From assembly GCA_038496445.1 (NCBI GenBank), contig JALMLS010000309.1, positions 186,001 to 250,000 on the forward strand: a stretch of DNA of 64,000 nt, read 5' to 3'. Origin of the DNA: Trichosphaerium sp. ATCC 40318 (Eukaryota > Protista > Tubulinea). A model generated the notes under the pieces. The model was not told where the DNA came from. It saw only the letters and a program-made list of their open reading frames with translations, and searched no databases. How positions within the stretch are numbered: position 1 is the stretch's first letter; every line of letters begins with the position of its first letter. Below, in pieces: positions 12,294-23,199 of this stretch. The translations under genes were made by a program, and so were the position numbers.

Positions 12294-13663
12294 ATGCTAA
12301 AAGTAAAAGTTGGAAAGGAGAAACAGACAGAACTCAGTGTATCAAGAGAGTTTGTAGCACTGAGTAGTATCCTAACAGCGCAACAAACACAAATCGATGA
12401 CAAAGAGAGTGTTGATAGCTTTCTCATTGTCTTACAACATGAGATTGGGTTCGAATGGCTTGTAAACAATTACAACAGATCAATTACAGACATATACGAT
12501 GATTACTGCGCTAAACCGACACCGATGAAATCCTCGTACCTTGAGACTGTACGCTAAACCTTTATAGCCATGTTTGTGTATTAAACTTTTATAGCTTCTC
12601 GATGTAGTAGCGTGCTGTGACTATCTTGACTTTGACAGGAGTATCACCGAGAAAGCTGCCAATATCCTACAAATTGAAAACGCAACAGAAGATCCAACAG
12701 TACTAGAGTATAGTTACCCACTATCATTCGAGTCAGCCGCTGTGTCGAACGCTTGTGCCGGAGGTACTTTCTTTTGGTATCAGCAAAAAGTAACTAATCT
12801 TTGCTAGTGTTTTGTGGAGATTCAAACTACATCTTCATAAAATCACTAAATCACCTAATGAACAAATATATTATCAAAATCAATACGACAGGTTTTTACA
12901 GGCTGCTATGTATTGACGAGAAAGTAGCATTTGAACTTGCAAAAGAATACCTCAGATTAATTTTCAACAAGAGGCAGTATACGCTGTCAGGTAAAACGTA
13001 CTCTCCCAGCATTGAATTAAAGGATTGTGGCCTGTTATTACCGTTGTGGAAGCAAATAACATACACACAGCTACTGGAAATATCGAAACAAGCTCCTGAA
13101 GATACAGAGTATACTGCGATTGGAGCTATAATTGTTAAAAATCTTGAGTACTTTTCGCTCTTTCAATTTCTTTTGGATATTGTCGAAAGCGAGAACGAGA
13201 CACATGCTATGAAAATTAAAGAGGATATTGTTTATGCTCTTTGTCATCATTCTTCCTCGTATAACGCAAAGGCTGTGATGGATACTATTGCTTGTATTCC
13301 TCCATCTAAGAGATGGGAGATCATGAATCGTACTGAACTGCAGATGTCAAGAGTTCCTCGAACAACCTACTTCTGGGAAGCAGTCAAGTACGCCTTACCA
13401 CTATTCTTGTAGATTTAAATACAACTAATACTGTTGAATAAAGGTTAGCAATACTCTCGAAAAAGTACAAAACAGGAAACTCTTTCATGTCCCATTTTGA
13501 ACGTAGCATTGATGACACTTGGAAGGATACCAAATCGCCTTTATCTGTTAATAAGCCAGCGTCATACTCTACCGTGGAAGTGAAAGGATGGAAGGCCACC
13601 TGGTTTCAATCGCCACATAATAGCACCACAGTTGATTGGTACAAAAGCTGTTCAGGTTTCTAA
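12294..13663 (+). CDS. Skp1/BTB-like N-terminal domain protein, copy 2
   Basis: MLKVKVGKEKQTELSVSREFVALSSIL...|LLDVVACCDYLDFD. Paralogous to 8493-10024, with a shorter C-terminus. Confidence 0.65.
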
Positions 13664-14595
13664 AAAGAGACTCAAAACATGTCGCCAATTAAGCATAATG
13701 TTTGCACATAAGATTAAACATTAATCTCTCATTTCGTCCTACCCAATGAATTTAATAAACATAAAGAATTCGCACAATACTGCCAACAAACTGTCACCTG
13801 CTAAAAAGTTCGAATTTATGAAATAATTAAACATGTGATAAAGCTATCTGAGTCTTTCGACCTTACTTGTCGGAACACCTGAAATTCTTCAACCACTTAA
13901 AATCTATCAACCAATTTGCAAATAATCAAGAGCTGGTGATTAGTACTTGTAAATAGTTCACATCGCAGCCAAAGAGCACCAACTATGGAAGGAACCTTGC
14001 TGTTAGCATATTCTAGAATATCGTTTCAGAGGTTGTATATGTAGGCCTTCAAAAGAAGTTCAAAGACACTTGCAGGCTAGTTGTATATTTGCGTACAAGC
14101 TATGAACAACTGCACATTATACCCTGAAAACGCAGTTGTACCTTTTACCACAGAGGCAATGGATATAACAACATTTCTTGCTTTGTTTTATTGGATTTAA
14201 TAAATGAATGAATGAATGAATATTGAACACACGACTAGAGGTGCCGGACATAATGCTTTACCACTATGAAACGTTAAAGGGCACACAACGGATGAGAATA
14301 CGTGTAAGAGACGTTGCCTTACTTGTAGGATAATAGCGTTAGTACATTCAGAGAAATACACAATCAAAAAATACGTTTGTGTATTTCGTCAAAGTTCGCT
14401 GTGAATATCTTCGTGGAAATACTTGGAAAGCAAGCATACTGAACATGGTGACGTTGCACGTTACATTGAGGGGCAGAGCCTAGCGGCGACTGAGCGCCAT
14501 AACCTAGTTGTCTCCCCTTTGTGGCGAACAGTTCAATATCACTTTGACATTTTTTCGACTTTTCTTTCGACATTTTAGTTTAACCCTTTGTGACT

Positions 14596-15770
14596 TGAAA
14601 GAGTAATGATTTGATGTGTTTACAAGAAATGACGTTGACTCATAAAAAAAAAGAAAACACAATTTGAGACACGTTAAATGAACCAAAGCATGAAAAAACA
14701 AATGGATACACCACACGACACACCAACCGCGACTTTATTTATTCAATACGACACAGTACACGAAATTGTTTGTAAAGCCTTTCACACATGTACATACAAA
14801 CAAGTGTGCTCATGGGTACGTCCATTGATCGCCTCTAGAACCGAGTTATAAATCATTTCGGTATTTTAAACCTCAAACTCCTCAAAACATCATCAAATCG
14901 TATTTGCTACGCGCAAATCATACATTCGCACAGTTTAGCGCCACTTTTAAAAAATAGCCAAGTTAATTTGACAACTCAACCGAGTTAACTCTTCTTTTTG
15001 CTTAGATTGCCGTCAATAAAACGTTTTGTGCAGTGTTAGAAGCAAACTCACCTCACAGATACTACTACAACACCAAATTCGAAAAACAAAGTGAAAATGA
15101 CGATGCGAACAAACAACAAAACAAACCGCCTTTGGACTCTTCTGATATTCGTCAGTTTCTACAAAATCGTCTTCAATTTGATTACAATCATTTTCAAGGA
15201 TTATCACGTGCTTACAAGGCATTATCATTGAACAACACAAAAGAAGCTGCAACCAAACTTAAACTTGAAGCGGAGCTTCTTGAGTGCCACAGCAACCTAC
15301 CAAAACATGTCAGAAACTTTGCATACTATACTAAGAATTCTTCAGAAACCATAGCGGAGCCAGGTGGAGCCTGTGGAGGACCTGATGTGTACTTTAGCTG
15401 CGGGGCAGAGTGTATGTTTTTCCCACGAAGAGTTGAGCAAGGCACTTCTCCAATCAAGCTCTCAATTGATTGTTGGGCTCCATGGGAACGTAGTAAAGCT
15501 ACTACAATAAGTGTAGATGGTCATACAGTCCTTCAAATAACTTCAGATGATCCTAAATCATCGTGGTCTTTAGATTTCTCTAAAATGAAGAGTGTGGTAG
15601 AGATTTATCATGACAAGGTAGTCGATCAAGTCACTTTTGAACACATCTCAGGTATTGCCTCAGTCATCATGTACCACCATGGTGATTGGGATTATATTTT
15701 TGAGGGCGTATCTGAAGCTTGGGAAGATAATAAAGATGAGCCGTTTGTACCAAAACCAAAGACAAACTTT
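14596..15770. repeat. Right arm of the inverted segmental duplication
   Basis: Reverse complement of 6540-7699. Confidence 0.95.
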
Positions 15771-15785
15771 TTTTCATTTCAATAA
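14812..15785 (+). CDS. Hypothetical protein of about 250 aa, copy B of the inverted pair
   Basis: ATGG|gtacgt at 14812-14815, intron 14816-15033, then ORF to TAA at 15785. Confidence 0.75.
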
Positions 15786-16107
15786 AACTCTATCACTACA
15801 ACCTTACTGTTTCTTGTGCTAAGACTGACAATTTTCGCCTGAACATCATATGGCTAAGGCACGATGTTTTGGGCTATATTTGGAAACTGTTTTATGGTCA
15901 CGTGCATAGCAACGTTATAAATTACAAACGGTTTCAGTCTGGTTCCTGGATTACTATCATTGTTATTCCAGAATCAGGATTAATGTCTCTAAGAACCCGT
16001 GATATCATTTGACTCATCTACTTTTTTTTGACATTCAACAGAAGTCAAAACGCGTCAAAGAACTCTACTAGACGTACGTACTACGTACGTAGTACTATTT
16101 TCGAAGA

Positions 16108-16939
16108 ATGGCATGTGGGATGGAGCCAACGGTAAAAAGGAAGGTAAATGCTTTGTTTTATCAAATTCCTCGTTAAAACAAGTGTAAAATAGATACATTC
16201 CACAATAACATGTTGTGACGTATTACTACGCCTTCCACTAGAGCTACAGCTTGATATTATCGATTTAGATGCAGAAGTTTACATAAAGTGGCCTCTTTTA
16301 TCCAAATATACAGCTACAACAACAAGGTTCAATAGTGATTTGGAAAGACAAGGGAAATGGCTGAAATACAAGCTTTTGCCTGATGAAGGTAATGGCACGC
16401 GTTCCATATTTAAGGTTGTCTGTCAGGAGTATTCTATACGCGGTAAGGTAAATGGAGAATACAAATGGTGGCATCCTACAGGTGAATATGGGTGCAGTCA
16501 TTTCGTAGACGATGTTATACATGGCCTATCAAAAGAGTGGTATGATAGCGGTCAGTTAGCTGGATGTTGTACTTTTGTAGATGGTAAGGCTGAAGGCCAG
16601 TGTAGTGAGTGGCATAAAAACGGGCAATTGAAGAAACAGTTTAACCAAGTTAAAGGCAGTTATGAGGGAGAGTACAACGAATGGCATGAAAATGGACAAT
16701 TGTTAGAAAAGAGCAATTATGTTAATGATAAATTGGAAGGGGAGTGCAATGAGTGGTATGATACTGGCCAATTGCTTGAAAAGTGTTATTACGTCAATGA
16801 TGAGCTTACAGGAGAGTACAAAACGTGGTATAGAAACGGACAATTGAAGCAACAAGGCACCTATAATAAGGGCAAGCTAGAAGGAGAGTATAGAGAGTGG
16901 GATCCAAATGGACAATTAACCCAGTCTAAGTATTTCTGA
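16108..16939 (+). CDS. F-box-like + MORN-variant (YwqK-like) repeat protein
   Basis: Exon 1 16108-16143 and intron 16144-16192, then LLRLPLELQLDIIDL and repeats GEYxEWYxNGQLxExxxYVNxKL. Confidence 0.85.
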
Positions 16940-17318
16940 ACTTCTCCTCAATTTCAAGTTTTATAGAGCTTATAGAACTATCTATTTTACGATTTTCGTT
17001 TGCTTTTTTATTCCATGACGGTTTGAAACACGTGCTTGGCCCTCCAAAATTTGTGGGAACAAATTTCGGGGCCTGATCGAGCAAGCTGGGATGGTGATTA
17101 TTTATTAAACGATGTAATATCTGTTTGTAATTATTATTATGAATAAAGTGAGGGCTACGGCGCTCGCCTCTTGTTTGAAAAAAAAAAAAAAAGGTTTGAA
17201 ACACAGTGCTCCCAAAAAAAGACACGTGATTGAATACAGCTTTGATAAGCATTAAAAATCACAAAGGGTCCTTAACAACCTATTATAGGGGTTGTTAAAG
17301 GCGCTAATACTGAGCCCT

Positions 17319-18557
17319 ATGGAACTATCACAAGACGTGCGTACCATCAACTTTCACCCAAATAATAACAAAAACCAGATAAACGACACGGAATCGGATA
17401 GATATGGGTTGTTACAGCTTCCAATTGAGATACAAATGTATATTATGGATTTAAGCACATCAGTTTATGTTATTTGGCCTCTATTATCCAGACAAGCAGC
17501 TGTGACATCCCGTTACGACAGTGCGTTGGATAAACATGGATTATTTAAACGTTGGCATAAAAACGGTCAACTTTCCACGAGATGCCTTTTTGTCAACGGT
17601 TTACTCGAAGGAGAGTATATTGTGGCGTCTCAAACAGTATCAACACAAACTATCAGCATGTCCGCACAACAAAAAAATGTACAATCAAACTACCCAAGCG
17701 CCTTCGTTTCAGAGCTTGCAGTTAGTGGTGAAGCATCAAGTGACTTTGACAGTAACGAAGAGGCGATTGACAAACAAGAAAGCCGCGAAGAAGATACTAG
17801 CAATGGTGAAGAAACATCAGAAACAAGTCAAGATGAAGAAAACAGCGACATTGATAAAAAAGTCAACGATGCAGAAGACTCACACGCTGAGCAAGAGCCT
17901 CCTTACATTGTTGATTCTGAAGAAGACAATATTGACGATGTGAGTGTAACCGTACCGGAGATTACAGGACATTTCTATGGACCTGATCGTATTTTTTCAA
18001 TAAGAGAAGAAATCAATAAAATATTACAATGGACGCCTACAGGTGTTGGTTTCTGGCCATTTCACATCTACAAAAAGCGATGGCTTGCAAGTCCAAGGTA
18101 TAGTTTTATGCAGATATACGCACAAGGAGAAGGCAACAAATACACAGACGCATACCTGATGATATGGGAAGATCAATGTGGTACGTTTTCAAAAAGATCT
18201 TTTGTTGTTTGCTCTTGACTTTGTTTTTAACCCTTTTCAGGACCTGTTGGATTTCCTACACACTTGATTTGCTTAGTTTCAGGCTGTGAATATAAATGGG
18301 TTATGGGTAGATCTAGTAGGAGGTTGACAAAAGCAAAAGTTCGGTTAGTTGCACTTGAAGACAGCACTTACGAAATTCCAATGCCTTGTTTTGCAGTTGG
18401 TAGCGATAAGCTTCTTCAATTTGCTAGGTTGCTTTCTCCATTTGTTTCTATAGTACCTCGTGATAGGAACCCACTTTTCGGAGTCGACTTGTTGACCTTC
18501 AAATCTGAGTACCTTGTTTGTAAAGAAAAAAAACAATTAGAAAATTTAAACATTTAA
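17319..18557 (+). CDS. Chimeric protein: F-box + one MORN repeat fused in frame to a paralog of the acidic protein at 38295-39608
   Basis: The 5' part is nearly identical to the 20719 gene up to about 17618. The 3' part matches 38295-39660, including the intron (18181-18240). Confidence 0.75.
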
Positions 18558-19094
18558 CAAGTGCAGCTGTAATCTAAGCAACAACAATAAAAAAGCGCCT
18601 TGGATACAGAGTTTTTCAGTTGGCAGCCTTGCAGCGGTGTTGTAAGCTTTGAAAAACTATTGTACGAAAAACCTTTGCACCTCAAATCAATATATCTTGT
18701 TGAAGTTCTGTTGTTCCTTTCTGGGTAAAAACCAAGCAAAAGTACAATAATTCGTGTAAGAGTTAGAAGAATTGTTTGCCGAATCCTAGAGATTTAATAA
18801 CGGTTACCGTTAACCTTATACAACAGAAGTAAGCAATAATAGACGTCAGTGCTGCAAACAAATATTCCTTTTTTGTACTTTGTTTAAAGTATTCTAATAA
18901 TGCCGGATCATTTGTTGTTGTCAACGATTATCTTAGTATGTTCATTTATCGACAGCTTATAATACTTGCTATTAATTACACAGCACGCCAAAACAATACG
19001 AATTAAAAATCACATGGTACTTAGCCAAAAGGGGAGAGTGGAACAAGTTGAACGAAAAACATTTTTCCTGAAGCTGTGACATGTTGTTTACAGG

Positions 19095-20096
19095 ATGCCT
19101 AAAACACCAATAACAGTAATAGACAATGTGAATCTATTCTTAGACTGTTTTTTCGAAGAAGATGAAAACAAACCGAAAAGCATTTTTTGGATAACATCAC
19201 CACTAATGTCACGCAATACACCAAAAGCAGCGAAATCTAAGCAAGTCGAAGCATCAAACACCTCAAAATGCTATACTCTCCCACCAGAGATTATTCTGGC
19301 TATTTTCGCATACAACGGCGTCTACACCTCACTGCGTACATATCTCTGTGTTTCAAAGGATTTACGCTCCATCATCATTTCTACAAAGTCTTATTGGCGT
19401 GACATGTACGAAACTCACTTCGTCAACAGTCGCTATTCTGTATGGGAATACCTAGAAGAAAGTGAGGCTTACGGGGATGTCCCAGGATATTTGTCTATCG
19501 CACCAACAGGAGAGTACACAGTAGAAAGTGGAGACAAACAGCAAAGCCAGTCTAAAGGCAAAGGACCTACCGACAAGCCTCCAAGCGATGGCCAAAACCC
19601 TTCTTATTGGTATGAGAGCTGTAGAAACAGAGCAATTGGTAAAATGCTTGAGAAGAGGATCAAAGGGTTACGTTATCCAAACAGGACGGCGAATACTGAG
19701 CCAGAGTTTGAAGAATTTTATACGGTTTTGAAGGACGATGACAAAGACGAAAACGCTTTGCATCACGTGCTTGAAAAGATAAAAGTAGACGAAGAGGCAA
19801 ACCTTCGAGCTATGACTCCTCAAGTATTTATAAGATTCATAGAACAAGAATTAAAAGAAGTCGAAGACCCTCCTTTCTCTGATGAAGAGGACGAAGAAGG
19901 TGATTATAATTGGAAAGAGAAAACACCAAAGTTACTCGAAGGTCTTAAAGATATTTTCAACGAAGAGAAATGGGGATTAAAGAATTATGGTTGTGTAGCT
20001 CTTGGTAGATGGGAGAATCAATGTTATTTCGTTTATGGAGTATCGCAAGGTTTGCGTGCTATTGTAGGTGTTTGTGCTATTGTGGATAACTCGTGA
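19095..20096 (+). CDS. F-box protein with C-terminal NuiA (nuclease A inhibitor)-like domain
   Basis: F-box TLPPEIILAIFAY...YLCVSKDLR; C-terminus IKGLRYP...TEPEFEEF...LKDIF...ALGRWENQCYFVYGVSQG...IVGVCAIVDNS. Intronless. The real start may be the ATG at 19206. F-box call is firm, NuiA call is by eye. Confidence 0.7.
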   Translation: MPKTPITVIDNVNLFLDCFFEEDENKPKSIFWITSPLMSRNTPKAAKSKQVEASNTSKCYTLPPEIILAIFAYNGVYTSLRTYLCVSKDLRSIIISTKSYWRDMYETHFVNSRYSVWEYLEESEAYGDVPGYLSIAPTGEYTVESGDKQQSQSKGKGPTDKPPSDGQNPSYWYESCRNRAIGKMLEKRIKGLRYPNRTANTEPEFEEFYTVLKDDDKDENALHHVLEKIKVDEEANLRAMTPQVFIRFIEQELKEVEDPPFSDEEDEEGDYNWKEKTPKLLEGLKDIFNEEKWGLKNYGCVALGRWENQCYFVYGVSQGLRAIVGVCAIVDNS

Positions 20097-20718
20097 ATGC
20101 TAGCTCAAATAAATAAAAGTTACTTATCTCTAGTTTTTTTTAGTCATACAGGTTTTTTTTATTAGCAAGTCAGTTTATTAACACGACGGTACATTCCAAA
20201 TGCCTAAGCATGTAGCGCAACAAACACTAAGGGTTACAATCCCTTCGCGATTAACTGATTGGGGCTGTGGGGTGTAACAATGGTTGTTTTTTTGAAAGGG
20301 TTAATGGGTGTTGGTTGATGGGTTGTTACTCCGTTCTGTGGGTTTGATAAGGGGTTGCAGTACCCGTCTGGCTTGAACAGCGGCCTGAATAAGTACTTAC
20401 TATCTTAGTACAAGAATGCTTTTGTTATTAGACTTACATCTGTCTTTGTTTAAACACTAATAGCCAAGCATACGAACAAAGCACAAATAATAGTATAATG
20501 CAGACTCTTCGAAGTAGGATCAACGAGCATGGTTGGAGCAGCTGTTGCAGCAGTAGATGCAGCTGTTAGAGTTGTTATATCTGTTGTCAGGCATTGTTGG
20601 TGTACCAGCGATTAAGTAAACGGCTTGACATTGGATTAATGCTCTTGATAATTTAAGGCATACCCTTAAGTTACAACATCTCGCATTAGACTTATCCCAT
20701 TAAACTAGCCGCCCTGAA

Positions 20719-21651
20719 ATGGAAACACAACTAGAGGTATTAAGCAGTATACAAATTAAGATAAACGATGCAGAATCGGAGGACCTTGGGTTGTTACAGC
20801 TTCCAATTGAGATACAAATGTATGTTATGGATTTTAGCACATCACTTTATGTTATTTGGCCTCTATTATCCAGAAAAGCAGCTGTGACATCCCGTTACGA
20901 CAGCGCGTTAGATAAACATGGATTATTTAAACGTTGGCATAAAACCGTCGGTCAACTTTCCGCGAGATGCCTTTTTGTCAACGGCAAACGCGAAGGAGAG
21001 TACAACGAGTGGTTTGAAAATGGACAAGATAAGTTAATATGCTCTTACACCGATGGTAAAATCGAAGGAGAGTACAAAGATTGGCATGAAAATGGAAACC
21101 TTAGGCTAGTGCGCTCTCATATCAATGGTAAACGAGAAGGAGAGTGCATGAAATGGCACCGTAATGGAACATTGTACAAGAGTTCGTTTTATACACATGA
21201 CAGACTCGAAGGGGAAAGAAGGATCTGGTACATTAGCAGAAAGTTGCGTGAGGATTCCTTTTATGTAAATGGTTTGTTAGATGGAGAATACAAGCATTGG
21301 CGCTCTAACGGAAACTTACGTATTCATTGCTTCTATAAACAGGGTATCCTTGATGGAGAAAGCAAAAGTTTTTATAATTCCGGATACCTTTATTATCAAC
21401 GGTTTTATGTTAATGGTGAGAAGGAAGGAGAGCATAAAAGTTGGTACCAACATGGTCAACTATGTGATCAAAGCTTTTATGTAAAAGGGAAACTCCATGG
21501 AGAGTATAAAAGGTGGTACGAAGACGGTTCATTAAATGCGCATTGTTTTTACATAAACGATGAGCGCCATGGAGAGTATAAGTGTTGGTGTTATAATGGA
21601 GAACTAGAAGTGCAATGCACTTATAAAAATGGCAAAAAGGTTGAGGAATAG
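20719..21651 (+). CDS. F-box-like + MORN-variant (YwqK-like) repeat protein
   Basis: LLQLPIEIQMYVMDF followed by about 10 repeats of GEYKxWxxNGxLxxxxFYxNG; intronless. Confidence 0.9.
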   Translation: METQLEVLSSIQIKINDAESEDLGLLQLPIEIQMYVMDFSTSLYVIWPLLSRKAAVTSRYDSALDKHGLFKRWHKTVGQLSARCLFVNGKREGEYNEWFENGQDKLICSYTDGKIEGEYKDWHENGNLRLVRSHINGKREGECMKWHRNGTLYKSSFYTHDRLEGERRIWYISRKLREDSFYVNGLLDGEYKHWRSNGNLRIHCFYKQGILDGESKSFYNSGYLYYQRFYVNGEKEGEHKSWYQHGQLCDQSFYVKGKLHGEYKRWYEDGSLNAHCFYINDERHGEYKCWCYNGELEVQCTYKNGKKVEE

Positions 21652-21933
21652 AGACAGTCATTACCAGTTCACCAGTTAAGGAACAGAAACTAATAATAAA
21701 AAGAAATTGAACTTGCCATCAATCGTTGCGCATTAATAGATACTACTGAAACAGAACCAAAAAGTAACACCAACACGAGGTGATGTGACAATGACATTTT
21801 TTTGAAAGGATGGATCCAAAAAAGAAGGCAACTCAGAAATTATTTCTGTAACGTGTTACTTGCCTATTCCAAATTACGGTAAGTATACATACTAGACAGT
21901 ACTTAGGGAACCAAATGTTTGGCATTTATTTGT

Positions 21934-22607
21934 CTATGAAGCACATGGTTTGATGCAGTCTATGACGTAGTTACTGTAAGTGCCCATAGGTATTGGTTGG
22001 ATATCTGAACTACCAATCATGAAGCATGGCCATCCACCGTTAACGTTACATCCAGTATTCTAAAGAGAGGTTACAAACTGCAATGTAAAAAAAAAGTAAA
22101 AAACCAAAAAGACATACACCATCATCAGTTGCAAACAATAATCCACGAGTGCTTGTGAATGAATCTGTTTCGTAATGGTAAACAGTACATGTTGTAGTGT
22201 TTGTTGGAATGGCAAAGGCGAGATAAGGTGCAGAGGCATGCTATTCAAAAGTGAGCCAGTAATTACGAATTAAACAAGTTACATACAGGTCTGAGGCAAA
22301 TAGATTGTTCAGCATTACAACAGACATCGGTAGTGGATGAAAAACAGTCTGCACTAGCGTCACCAAAAGTAAGACGTCCAATGATCCTTGGGTCATTGTA
22401 GAATCCCATGTTGTACACAATAGTATCAGAAATACCATTGCCATTTCCGCCAGTTCTTGACACTGTGTAGATCTCGTGAGCGATAGTATCACCTTCACAC
22501 ACAGGTATAGATGGACGTGAAGTGCTGAATCCTTGCTCGGATCCATGCACACATGCAAGAATACAGAGTACTACTAGAAGTGTTTCGATTACAGGTTGTT
22601 GCGTCAT
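21934..22607 (-). CDS. Small secreted cysteine-rich protein (3 exons)
   Basis: Signal peptide MTQQPVIETLLVVLCILACVHG. Two GT-AG introns give an open frame ending YVIDCIKPCAS*. Confidence 0.7.
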
Positions 22608-23199
22608 TGTTGTTGTTTTGGTCTTTGGTGTTGAAAGATTATGTTTGCAAGTCGATACAAACGTATTCACGAGTAATTTGAGAACGAGACCGCGTTGTCT
22701 CGAGTACACGTGAATAAGATATTTTTCAGTGAAAATTAACCATTTTGAGCTAAAAAAAACTGCCACGCTCTTTCTCACCCGCCACGCTGACCACTAGGGT
22801 TTCGAAAGTCGCCAACATACATCTATATCGCAATCAGATGGCATCGGAGCATATGCCAAACTAGAGCACAAAATTTATCGCAGCGAATGCATCCGCATGT
22901 CTATGGTGGTTTAGACCAATGCCAGCAAAGATGCTGAGTGGTATGAACGCAAAACGAGTCAATATAGTTGGTCACCTACAAGGCTTAAGTGGCTGTATTG
23001 GTGCTCTGAAAATTTGAAGTCCTTCGTAAATCACAAGTTCTGACATCATCAAAAAATGAGCAATTAAATGTACTAGATACCTTGTTTGGCTTATTTTTGT
23101 TAAATAAAACTACTGACGGCGTTGTTTAATATTGAAGGTATATTTACTCAAGCACAATGTCCTTTACAATGTATTTTTAATTACACTTTTGTTGTTCAG

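Noticed and set aside
6540-15770. DNA transposon or Polinton with long terminal inverted repeats
   Set aside because: The arms are gene copies that fade out at the outer ends. I found no transposase, integrase or target-site duplication.
6527-15785. Diversity-generating retroelement (template/variable repeat pair)
   Set aside because: No reverse transcriptase in the window, and the differences between copies are not adenine-specific.
20230-20600. Possible small membrane-protein gene on the minus strand
   Set aside because: A Thr/Ala stretch and a hydrophobic segment are visible, but there is an in-frame stop and no coherent start. At most a remnant.
1434-21651. Endogenous giant-virus insertion suggested by F-box-LRR/MORN genes
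   Set aside because: No viral core genes (capsid, PolB, packaging ATPase, primase) are present, and the genes are interleaved with intron-rich host genes with no clear boundary. Only gene-level exchange remains plausible.
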